From a virus (lineage: Duplodnaviria > Caudoviricetes): 64,000 nt of DNA. The position numbers were made by a program, and so were the translations under genes. The notes below the pieces were generated by a model. That model saw nothing but the letters and a program-made list of their open reading frames with translations. It did no database searches and had not been told where the DNA came from. The DNA lies in IMG/VR virus record IMGVR_UViG_3300042891_001512, positions 47,346 through 111,345 of that record. The stretch is one strand, 5' to 3'. This document shows positions 28,166 through 38,300 of the stretch, in pieces (the stretch's first letter is position 1; each line of letters starts with the position of its first letter).

Positions 28166-28792
28166 ATGGATCCAGAAAAACTCTATGAGTTAAAAAAAAG
28201 ATATGGTTCTATCTTTAGCACTTTAGTTAAAAAACAAGAAGTGTTTTTCAGAGAATTAACATTTGAAGAATACGACAAAATCATAGAGTATAAAAACTCG
28301 GATGCCCACTCTTCCGTAGATATAGAAGATATCATCATCGGTGCCGCGGTCATTTATCCTGAAGATTTTAATATTAATTCTTTGCCTCCTGGCTTAATAT
28401 CTTCCTTGTCGCAGCAGATAGTTGACGTATCTGGTTTCTATTCCGCCAAAATAGCCAAAAAAATACTAGAGGATAAAAGAGAGAAAGCTAACGAAGTTAG
28501 AAGTTTAATGAAAGCTTTTGTTCTCGCTACTATACATACGTACAACCCTAAAGATTTAGATGGGATGACCTTTTCTCAGTTAGCAGAAAACGTTGCACTA
28601 TCTGAAAAAATTATTGAAATACAACAAAGCATAAATGGCGTTGAGCCAACAAATATCAATCTTCAACTAATTGATCCAGAAGAAGAAATAGAGAAGAAAA
28701 AAACCAGTGAAGCTAGACATAATCTTTCTAAGAAAGAAGGAGAAGCTAGTTATTCAGACCCTATTGCTCAAAAATTATGGGGATTAAAGTAA
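28166..28792 (+). CDS. Putative tail assembly chaperone 2 (paralogue of chaperone 1)
   Basis: LKKRYGSIF...FRELTFEEY...LSQQIVDVSGF. Confidence 0.6.
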   Translation: MDPEKLYELKKRYGSIFSTLVKKQEVFFRELTFEEYDKIIEYKNSDAHSSVDIEDIIIGAAVIYPEDFNINSLPPGLISSLSQQIVDVSGFYSAKIAKKILEDKREKANEVRSLMKAFVLATIHTYNPKDLDGMTFSQLAENVALSEKIIEIQQSINGVEPTNINLQLIDPEEEIEKKKTSEARHNLSKKEGEASYSDPIAQKLWGLK

Positions 28793-28804
28793 CAGGAGAA
28801 AGTC

Positions 28805-31800
28805 TTGATTAGAGATCGTGGTCCATTACATAACTTGGGTAATGGTGTAACGTCTCGTGACATACCTCTCAATGAGGGTGAAACAGAAGGCATTTCCCAA
28901 GATAGCGGTGCGGTTTCAAAAGCCTTAGGTGGCCATCCTGTTATGCGCTTCTTTGCGCACGCAGGAACAACGATGCTTGTTGCTGGCGTTGGTTCAGCAA
29001 TGCTCAGGAAGGGTGGCCTTAAGTTAGCCCAAAAAATACAAGAGTCTGGTCAAACGTCTTTAATTAAAGACATGATAGATGTTAGAAGACATCTTGATAA
29101 TTTACAGGGTGTTAAAAGGGCAATCGATGGCGTAAACGATCCATATGAAAAATTAGTCTTTCAAGCTGGTGATGAATTAACAACTGGTTACCTTGGGTCT
29201 AGACACGGAGCTTTTGAAAATTTTGGTTATTCATTTTCAAAGAATGAATTAGATCAAGCTGGTAGAGGGTTAACTTCAGAGCCAGCTGCAATTTGGGGTC
29301 TGAAAGAAGACCTCCAACAAAGGATGATTAGAGTCGGCAGAAGAATGCCGTACGAACTTCCAGCCCTATGGGGCGCACAAAGAATGGTCACAGATCCACT
29401 CTTTGGAAAAGACGATAACAGAAAAAAAATAAACTGGTACAATCCTGTTGATGTTGTAAGCGACTTTGTAAAAACATCAATGACAACAATGGCAACAATG
29501 ATCTTGCCATTCGAAGGTGGTGGAGCAGCTCTTAATGCATCTAAGAGCTCGATGAATACTTTCAAATATTCTATGGCCAGCATATCGGATTTAAGTCCGA
29601 TAAAAGAAAAGGCAGCAAAAGGGTTTGTAAACTTAACTGAAGTTCTTGGAGAAGTCGGCCATGATATGGCCACCGCTGGGAATGCATTCTTAAAAAAGTC
29701 AGCTCAATCCTCAGGGGCATTTAACGCTGCTACAACAGCTATGGGAGCCAACGAGCAACCTAGATTCGTAGATGCCCTGCACAAGGCTAGGAAGGGCGCC
29801 AGAGCCGCCTACGAGGCCTCTAGAGGGGCTAGAGACCCGGGGATGAAGAGAGCTACCAATTATGCTAAAGCCCTCGCATTTGGCGTTAAAACCTCTGAGG
29901 GAGATATTGCTCCTGGAATAATAGATACCATACCAGCGTTTAGGGGTTTAAACGCAGGAATAAGGGCAGGGACACAACAGTTTAGGGTCTATGGAAAGGC
30001 TTACGACGCCTTACAAAATTCGATAGAGCATTCAAGAGCGTTATCTTCTTCTAGTCCAAGGTCGGCAGATGTAGTTACTGCGATGCAAAAGATACAGGCA
30101 CAGTATTCTAGCAGGCTATCTAAAATGGCCAATCAGATATCAATCTGGGGTGCAGGTGGTCCTGGGGATTCAAGTTTTACTAGGTCTGAATTTTATCTGG
30201 GTCAACAACAAACTGAATACAAAAAACTTTTAAGCCAAAGACTTTCGTCTAAAGGTTTAGACCCAAAAGAAACTGATAATTTTGTTAATCAACTTAAAGT
30301 TATAAGTCCAGGAGCCAAAACACATCCGACCAATATGATTTCAATTGGAAAGATGAAAATCCATGCAGATGAAGAGAGCTACTTTGACATACTGCTTGAG
30401 AGACTTAAGGGCGTTAAAGGTGGAAAAGATTATGAAACAGCTTTAGCAAATGTTGCAGGGGCAGGAAAAACATCAGATCAATTCTTAAAAGAAGTTATAG
30501 AAGAAACTAATACATATTTTACTAGCAAAGAATTCCAGCATGGTGTAAAACTAAAAATTAAAAACCAATGGACTTCAATGTCCAGAAACGATTTAGTTGA
30601 CCGCGCTTCTTCTATTCTAAAACCAGAAAAAGCTGTGTATCAAGATTTTGTTGGTCCGTTAAACAGCGCAAAAAAACAATTCCTACAAAGAAAAACAGCT
30701 CAAGTATTAGGGATACCATTAAAAGATTTAGAAGGAAGGATGGTATCCGAAGATATAGTCAGAAGTGGTTTGGCTAATAGGGGATTTGATCCAAACGATT
30801 TTACAAATTTAAAATCTTTTTTAATTAGAAACAAAAAAATAACGTCAGGAATATTTGAAGGAAACTTTAATCTCTTTGGCATGAAGCCGCTTTTGATAAG
30901 CGAAGCGGTAGACAAGGGCAAGTTTGCACACCTGCCTGATAGAGAACAATCTATAATAAAAAATCTAGCTGGAAGAATGGCTATAGATGACCCAGTATCT
31001 AAGTCTATAGGTTTCAATAAACTAGAAGGAGTTTATCAAACAAGGTCTGGACAAACGTTAGATTTTAGCTCAATCAAAACAACATTTAAAAACGTTGCGA
31101 ATTTCTTCGCCTCAGACCTACACATACCTATCATTAAACTTAACCCAGCAGATTTGTTTGGTCGCAGGTCATTTGCCGAAATGGCACAAAAAGGACCTCT
31201 ACAGTATTCACCTGGATCAACAGTTCAACCATTTGGCGATCTTCCTGGTAGCAGAGCAGACTTTCACATCTGGCATGCTACCAAGGGAACTAAAGGTAAA
31301 ATAACTTCTTATTCAACAAATGAATTTTCTGGAGAAACTTTTGGAGAAACCCTAAGGGGAACTTACCGACCATTGCCAACTAGAAGTACTGAAATGCTCA
31401 CCAAGCATGCACGCTTTGCTGCTGGCATGCCTGGGACACCCGCTTATGATATAGATGGACAATCTGGTTCAAAGTTTTTAGATTTTGTCTTAGGTAATTC
31501 TGAAAGGTCAAGACGATTTAAAAATGCAATGGACATTGATGCTGATCAACCAAACTCATTGTTTGGCTTGCTCTCAAGATTCCGCAATAGATCTCAAGAT
31601 ATAAATAACCCTCAAGTTATGTCTCGCCTTTTAAGAGGCGAAGAAGTAATAATGAAAGAGGGTGGAACTAGAAAAGCATTTAAATTAGATAGAACTGGCG
31701 ACAGATATAATTTAATAGATTCAACTGGAAAAGTTAGCAGCACATATAGTGAATCTGAAATACTAAAAGGCGCTGATATATTCAGAAAAAGAACTTTTGG

Positions 31801-34800
31801 TTACGGCTACACAGATGATATAATGAAGGAGCTTGAGGAAGCAGCCCCTCAAACCTTTACAAGACCTGGTTTAGGTAGAGTATCAGAAGTCAGAACCGCT
31901 CAGCAAGCAAGAGATGTGGTTGCTCGACTAGAAGAAATGAAGCCGTTGCTCTCTGCGCAAGCTAGAGAAAGAGGAATTGATACAAGGTTCTTAGAAGAAT
32001 CTTATTCAAGAATAAGAAACATAGTTAAAGATTCTGACTTAGCTGCCGCCTCATTGTCTTCAAGTAAATCATCAACAATCACAACTAGACTTGATGAATT
32101 AAAAAACGAAATATTTAGATATGTTTCGCAAACAAACGCAGTCCTGGGGCAGGGTGGATCTAGCACCGAGAGCATGTTCATTAGTATACAAAATGTATTA
32201 ACAAACTTAAAAAAATCTATGCCAGCCTCAAAGTACGCAGAAGCACAAGCGGCAGCACTTTCAACGCTATTTAATATCAGTGCGTACAGAACTTTTAATC
32301 AATCTATTTCTTCTGAACAAAATGCAAGAAATGCAGTTGAAGCTTTATTAAGTCTCACCACATCTAGTTCTTCCGGCGGAGCAGCAGCTAGGTCATTGTT
32401 TGACCCATTTACGCGTGGAACAGAGTCTTTAATAGCTAGCAATCTAAGAAGGCCGTTCAATGCACTGTCACCTTTGGGCAGAAGAAAATTTGGAACAGCG
32501 GCATTTAAGCCAAGTGAATTTAGCATAGACCCATTGGGTTCTGGCCAATCTATTACTTTTGTACCAACGTTTGGAACTGTTTTTGATAAAAATCCATTTG
32601 GAGCAATCAAAAGTGCATTAGGAGTTGGCACTTATAAAAATCCGCAAGATTATTCTGTAGCCGGGACTGCAGTTTCTCAAGGCGTTGAGCGTTTGAATAG
32701 ATATTTCGGCACGCTAGGAATGCAACTAGATACATCTAGGTTTAATGGCCCTCTTGATTTGTATATGCGTGGTATGGTTGGCAAAAGAGTTCTTCCTATT
32801 TTTGCGGCTGGAACAACAGCGATGACAGTGGACAGGACAATAGGTGGGTATAGTCAGCCAAAAGATAAAGATGGAGAAAGAGTTTATTCACCGTTTTTCA
32901 CAACTAAAGCAGCTCGTGGAGTAGTTGAAGCAAGGTCAATTCTTTCTGGTATTACACCTGGTGGTGATACTTATGAAGATAAAAAAGAACAACTAACAGA
33001 AGGACTTGTCCCTATAAGGCAGGGTCGTTTTTGGCCGCTTGGCAACACACCATTTGCTGGAGGAAAAGTTCAGTATTACAGACCGTCCTGGTATAGGAAA
33101 TTGCAAGGTGGAGCAATGTTTACTTCGGACACTTATGGAAGTCCGATGGAAAAATTCTTGTACTACAATGATATTTCTCCACTAAGACCGATAGACCCTT
33201 ATAGGTTTGAAAGAAAACACTTTGAGGATAGACCATATCCTGTAACTGGAGAATATTTTTCTGGTCCGTTTGGTCCGGCTGTACCACTATTAAATGCGAC
33301 TCTTGGAAGAATTCTAAAACCACAAGTATTAATGCATGAACAGGAATTAACACAAGGTTTGCAAAACTATGTTCAAGCAGGTCAAGCAGGCGCCTATAAT
33401 GCAACACCGTATTTAACTTCTCCTGGTAGTGGAATTGGTGGTCGTGGCGGCGGCAGTGGTGGAACCGGAGCTGGGCCTGGAATGATATCAGCTTCTAATG
33501 CAAGCTATGGATCAGCTGGTGGCACTCCGTTATACACAGCTGGAAGATTAACAAAAGGAACAATAGCTGGGTTGAACGAACCATTAATGCAAATGGCATA
33601 CGGTCCGACAAAACAACGCGGGGTAATGCCAGCACAAATAGTTCCTACTGGATCACCTTTGTCACCCGGTGCATTGCAAATGCAAATGGGTAATCTAGGA
33701 TACACAACTCAAGAAATGGCTGGTATTTACGGTTTCGGTTTTTCTTCTCTTAGAGAAAAATTTGGCTTTGGTCAAGGCGACTACCAACCAGATAGGGCAA
33801 CTTTGCAGTCTGCCTCAAAAGCATATGGAGTAACAAGAGCATTTTGGGATCTCAATCTTGGTGGTGCTGGCGACCTTCCTCTTCCAGCACAAGGTGCCTT
33901 GGGTAACTTAGAATTTTCGGAAATAGTAAGAAGATTTATTCCTAAAGAAAGATCAGGAGTAGATTATCTAAATCCAATAAAAAACACTATGGGAGAGCAA
34001 TACCCGTTCTTGCCAGGCGCAGAATATTTTACCGACTTCACAAGAGGTGACCCTTTTACGCGAATTGCAGAAGGTGAACTAAGGTTGCCTGGCAAAGGTT
34101 ATGAAAGATTTAATACATTAAATTCTGATGAAACAGGTAGATATGGTTTGGTTGATCAGCTAAGTATATTGGCTGATGTTGCCCCGTACTCAAATCAATT
34201 CAAGCAATTAAATGCTTCTATAGATTCAAAAAATCTTTCTCCGGATCAAAGGATAAAAGTTCAAGAGATAAGAAATAGAGTAGAGCAAACAACTAAAAAA
34301 TATAATTTTAGTAGATATGAATACAAAGACAAAACAGCTTCTGAATTAGGTATATCAGATAGAAGATATAAATTTGAAAGAACAAAAGAATATTTAGCGC
34401 ATAGAGACACAATTTTTAATACTAAATTTTGGCAAGATAGGACAGCTCAAGAAGATTGGGAAAGAAGAAATGTTTATGGTTCTACTTTTCCTGAATGGCA
34501 GAGGCCTTTCGAAAGCTTTATTAAACCAATGGCATACAAAGCTACACAGAGAGACCCACTAACTGCTTCTGCAACTTTGCTGGCTGTTGGCACAGCCTTT
34601 GGTAGGACTGCTAGAGGAAGAGCTTTTGGTGGTTTTGTTGGGGCAGCAACTGGCTTGTTTGCGTCTACATATGACAATGCTAGAGAGGCAATAACTGGAG
34701 AAAGATTTATTCCTAAGGTAAGAAAAAAAGAATTAGCGCTTGAAGAATATACTGACATGTTAAACTATGTTAAATATTCTAGGTTGGCTTCTATGGCGCA

Positions 34801-35374
34801 ACAATCTGGTAGTGGGTTTGAAGCAAATCAATATAGACAAGCCGCAAAAAGAACTATGTATGGAGCTGATATATATGGTGCTCCAGTAGAAACTCTTTCT
34901 TTGGCAATACCAAAAAGAAAAAGAGAACACTTCGCAGAGATGATTAATGCTCCAGAATCTGAACGCAAAGCTATATTGTCTACTTCTGGCAGATTAGAAA
35001 GAAGAATGTATCAAGCAGCATGGGGGATGCCAGTCGAAGATAAGCCTGATTTGGCAGAGTACTTTAGTAGGCACGAATTGCCAGATTTGAATTGGGAAGG
35101 TTGGCATCCGAATACTAATCTAGACCATGTAAAAGTTAAGATAGGTCAAAACATGGGTCTGGAAATGTCGCAGATGGGTTACTATCCACAACAGATAAAA
35201 GAAGCAAATTTAGCAAATCCAGCTTTCCCTCAATTTAATAGGCAAGAAAACAAAGATGATATACTTGGAAAGTTAAGAAGACTTCTTAGTGGCTCCGGTG
35301 TATCTGGGACAATTACTCCAGTAGCAAATACTTTTGGATCAAGCAGTATTGATATTTCAGCAGGTGTTAGGTAA
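28805..35374 (+). CDS. Tape-measure-like large virion protein (2189 aa)
   Basis: Follows the chaperones; basic, Gly/Ala-rich, with hydrophobic helices near both ends; AGGAG RBS before TTG. Confidence 0.6.
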   Translation: MIRDRGPLHNLGNGVTSRDIPLNEGETEGISQDSGAVSKALGGHPVMRFFAHAGTTMLVAGVGSAMLRKGGLKLAQKIQESGQTSLIKDMIDVRRHLDNLQGVKRAIDGVNDPYEKLVFQAGDELTTGYLGSRHGAFENFGYSFSKNELDQAGRGLTSEPAAIWGLKEDLQQRMIRVGRRMPYELPALWGAQRMVTDPLFGKDDNRKKINWYNPVDVVSDFVKTSMTTMATMILPFEGGGAALNASKSSMNTFKYSMASISDLSPIKEKAAKGFVNLTEVLGEVGHDMATAGNAFLKKSAQSSGAFNAATTAMGANEQPRFVDALHKARKGARAAYEASRGARDPGMKRATNYAKALAFGVKTSEGDIAPGIIDTIPAFRGLNAGIRAGTQQFRVYGKAYDALQNSIEHSRALSSSSPRSADVVTAMQKIQAQYSSRLSKMANQISIWGAGGPGDSSFTRSEFYLGQQQTEYKKLLSQRLSSKGLDPKETDNFVNQLKVISPGAKTHPTNMISIGKMKIHADEESYFDILLERLKGVKGGKDYETALANVAGAGKTSDQFLKEVIEETNTYFTSKEFQHGVKLKIKNQWTSMSRNDLVDRASSILKPEKAVYQDFVGPLNSAKKQFLQRKTAQVLGIPLKDLEGRMVSEDIVRSGLANRGFDPNDFTNLKSFLIRNKKITSGIFEGNFNLFGMKPLLISEAVDKGKFAHLPDREQSIIKNLAGRMAIDDPVSKSIGFNKLEGVYQTRSGQTLDFSSIKTTFKNVANFFASDLHIPIIKLNPADLFGRRSFAEMAQKGPLQYSPGSTVQPFGDLPGSRADFHIWHATKGTKGKITSYSTNEFSGETFGETLRGTYRPLPTRSTEMLTKHARFAAGMPGTPAYDIDGQSGSKFLDFVLGNSERSRRFKNAMDIDADQPNSLFGLLSRFRNRSQDINNPQVMSRLLRGEEVIMKEGGTRKAFKLDRTGDRYNLIDSTGKVSSTYSESEILKGADIFRKRTFGYGYTDDIMKELEEAAPQTFTRPGLGRVSEVRTAQQARDVVARLEEMKPLLSAQARERGIDTRFLEESYSRIRNIVKDSDLAAASLSSSKSSTITTRLDELKNEIFRYVSQTNAVLGQGGSSTESMFISIQNVLTNLKKSMPASKYAEAQAAALSTLFNISAYRTFNQSISSEQNARNAVEALLSLTTSSSSGGAAARSLFDPFTRGTESLIASNLRRPFNALSPLGRRKFGTAAFKPSEFSIDPLGSGQSITFVPTFGTVFDKNPFGAIKSALGVGTYKNPQDYSVAGTAVSQGVERLNRYFGTLGMQLDTSRFNGPLDLYMRGMVGKRVLPIFAAGTTAMTVDRTIGGYSQPKDKDGERVYSPFFTTKAARGVVEARSILSGITPGGDTYEDKKEQLTEGLVPIRQGRFWPLGNTPFAGGKVQYYRPSWYRKLQGGAMFTSDTYGSPMEKFLYYNDISPLRPIDPYRFERKHFEDRPYPVTGEYFSGPFGPAVPLLNATLGRILKPQVLMHEQELTQGLQNYVQAGQAGAYNATPYLTSPGSGIGGRGGGSGGTGAGPGMISASNASYGSAGGTPLYTAGRLTKGTIAGLNEPLMQMAYGPTKQRGVMPAQIVPTGSPLSPGALQMQMGNLGYTTQEMAGIYGFGFSSLREKFGFGQGDYQPDRATLQSASKAYGVTRAFWDLNLGGAGDLPLPAQGALGNLEFSEIVRRFIPKERSGVDYLNPIKNTMGEQYPFLPGAEYFTDFTRGDPFTRIAEGELRLPGKGYERFNTLNSDETGRYGLVDQLSILADVAPYSNQFKQLNASIDSKNLSPDQRIKVQEIRNRVEQTTKKYNFSRYEYKDKTASELGISDRRYKFERTKEYLAHRDTIFNTKFWQDRTAQEDWERRNVYGSTFPEWQRPFESFIKPMAYKATQRDPLTASATLLAVGTAFGRTARGRAFGGFVGAATGLFASTYDNAREAITGERFIPKVRKKELALEEYTDMLNYVKYSRLASMAQQSGSGFEANQYRQAAKRTMYGADIYGAPVETLSLAIPKRKREHFAEMINAPESERKAILSTSGRLERRMYQAAWGMPVEDKPDLAEYFSRHELPDLNWEGWHPNTNLDHVKVKIGQNMGLEMSQMGYYPQQIKEANLANPAFPQFNRQENKDDILGKLRRLLSGSGVSGTITPVANTFGSSSIDISAGVR

Positions 35375-38300
35375 TGATACCAATAAACGAACTATTTACT
35401 AATCCTAGAAAAGCTGAGTATGCTGCTAAAGCCGGCATGGCTAGAACTGAGCTTGGCAGAACAGGCGCAGCAAGAGTTGAAAAAGACGAAACTACTGGAA
35501 GATTTAGTTATGTATCATCAGTTAGTGGAAAAAAATTTGACACTCCTGGTGAAGCTTTCTTGGAATCTAAAAAATTTTTATTAACAGATTATACAGAACT
35601 AAGATATGGGGCATCAAAACTTGGTTCTGAATTTTATGATACTAGATTTTCTCAAGCGGGTTCTGTATTAGAAAATCTTCAAACAAGATTAACTTCTGCA
35701 ACCGATCTTCAAAGATCACAATTGGCAAGAATTGGCCTTGGAGATATTGACCCGAGTACATTGATGATGCAAATTCTAACTAGCAAAAGCGAAAAAGGCA
35801 AAGGTGCAACTTTAGCGGCAAAAGAGTTAGAGAAACTTAGCATAGGCTTTATTCCTATTGTTGATGGAGAGGGTGGAGCTTTTCTTACCATGCAGGCTTT
35901 AGTTGGTGGAGAACAAAGGGCCCTATCATCTGCTCAGATGCACATGATGAGCACAATATTGGGGTCTGGTTTATTGAACCAAGAAAGATTACAATCAGCA
36001 TTGGGTGAAGCAGCAATGCCTGGCTTTGTTAACAAGCTACCAAAACGTTTAAGGGCATTCTTTTCTGAAAGAGATATTTCAATACTACAAGAAGATATAA
36101 CAAGGGCTATAGGTAGCATTGATGTCGGCACCACAATTGAGGACAGGGCACTAAGAGTTGATTCTGGTATTGATTACCTTAGAAGATATATGGGGTTTGC
36201 TGGTAGATCTACAGATCTAGTTTATGATGCTGACGGTAAGGTTATTTCTGGTCTTGGACAAAATTTTATAGTGAAAGAGGGTGGCGTTGAATACAATTTA
36301 ATAGATGAACTTTTAGACACAAATTTAGTAAAAGCTACCATAGATAATTTGTCAACAGAAAGTTTAGACAAAGGAATTCTTTCAACTGAAAAAATTAAGG
36401 GCTTAGTTGGACGATCAAACAGCTCAAAAGAATTATTGGGTAATGTTGAAAAAACTTTTGGCAAAAATAGCGAAGAATATAAGTCAATAGAAAGAATAAT
36501 GAAAGGCGTAAAAAGAGAGTTTGATGGTATATCCGTAGTTAATGATAGGCTAAGAACTTATAAGATGGATGAATTGCAAGGGCGTATAGGCACCATGCAA
36601 GACCAGATAAAAGAAATACACGCAGATTTAAGAGCAGGCATACCAGGTAGGAGTAGGCAAGAAGCAGAAGCTTTAGAGCAGCAATTATATGAGATACAAA
36701 GGCAATACGACATAGTTTCAAAGGCAAACAATTTGTATCAAGTAACTCTTCGAGGAGGTACCAACGAAGATCAAATAAAGTCTGCTGCTAATTTTGCAGA
36801 TTTTGATTTGATAGGAAGTAAAAGGGGTTTATTTTCTGGTTTTGCAGCTATCTTAGATGAAGAAGCGATTAAGAACGAGTTAGGTTTTAATTTTAAAGGA
36901 TTTGTTTTTAGCGGTTTAGGAAGTAGTAGCGACAAAGTATATGCTGACCCAGTTTCTACCTCATTCCTTGGTGAACTTTTTGCTTCAGATTATGATATAG
37001 AAAATATGAAAAGATACTCTGGAGAAATAATGCAAGAATTTAATACTGCTATTGATCAAAATATTTTGCCACCAAGAATAAAAGAAATGCTGCAAAGAAC
37101 AGTTTTTAATGATGAGCTGGATTATTTGCCAGAGTACATGACTGAAACAAGAAGACGAAATAAAGCTTTTGCAAAACAGCTACTCGAAATGCATCAATCT
37201 GGAATATCTCCAAAAGATTCTCCAAGAATGATGAACATGCTAGCCAGCCTTCACGCTTCGGAAATGTATAGAATACAAACAAAGGGTAACGTTGCAACTT
37301 ACCTACCAGCTTTGCCTGACGTTAGAAGATTTGCATTGAGCACTGAGAACGCAGCGTTCCAGAGTGGTACGGCACCAAGTGAAAATCTTTCTGGCATGAC
37401 TAGTGCAAGAATCAAAGGAGTCGATGGCGAAATAGCGACACAGCTTTTAGAGTTTAGAGTAGATGACAATAGAGTTTTATTCGGTCCTGGGATGACAAAT
37501 AGGTTCTATGAATCTTTGGGCGGTTTCGACTTGGACGACAAAGTCTTAACTAAGATGATGACATATAAAGATAATGGTAATAAGAAAAGACTTTTGTTTG
37601 GCATGTACAGACAACCTTCTGGCCCAGAAGAATCAATATATGCAAAAGCAAATTTAGACGAAGGAACACTAAGGTCATATTTCCAGAATGAAAGATTTAG
37701 AGGGCTGTTAGAAGATTATAGATCATCGGCTGGCGGCGTAAGGGCTTCATCATTGGACGATCTCTACTCTGTTCTTTGGAATGATAAAAAATATAAAACT
37801 ATAAATGCAGATGAAGCAGAACAACTTGTTATAAGCATTTTTGATTTTGCTGAGTCCAGAGGTAAAGCTGGACTAAGAATGCTTGATGGTTCCATGGAAG
37901 GTGTAGCTGGCGCTCACAATAGAAGAATACTTAGGGCAATAGAAAGACAGGGTTCTTCATCGCTAGCAAATAGTCAACAATATACAAGGCCTGGAATTTT
38001 TAAAATATTTGAAGAAGAGAATCAAAAGTATAATTCGCAACAAGGTTATTTGATAAAAGACCAAATTAAAGAACTTCTTGAAAATGATTCATACAAAAAC
38101 GCTTTGGACTCTTCAGTTTACAATCAATTAAAAACAGCTTTAGAATCATCTCAATTCGATGAAGTGAACAGAGTATTCGAAAAAAATCTAGATAATCCAA
38201 TTTTAAGTGCGTTAAAAGAACAATCTGTATTTAATAAAATGTTTAGTGTTGCTACTTCAGAAGAATCAGCAGTACTTGGAACGTATGTTAATAGGACAAT

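Noticed and set aside
27655-28792. Classical -1 tail-chaperone frameshift
   Set aside because: No slippery heptamer seen near the end of the first gene, and the second gene has its own ATG and is a paralogue.
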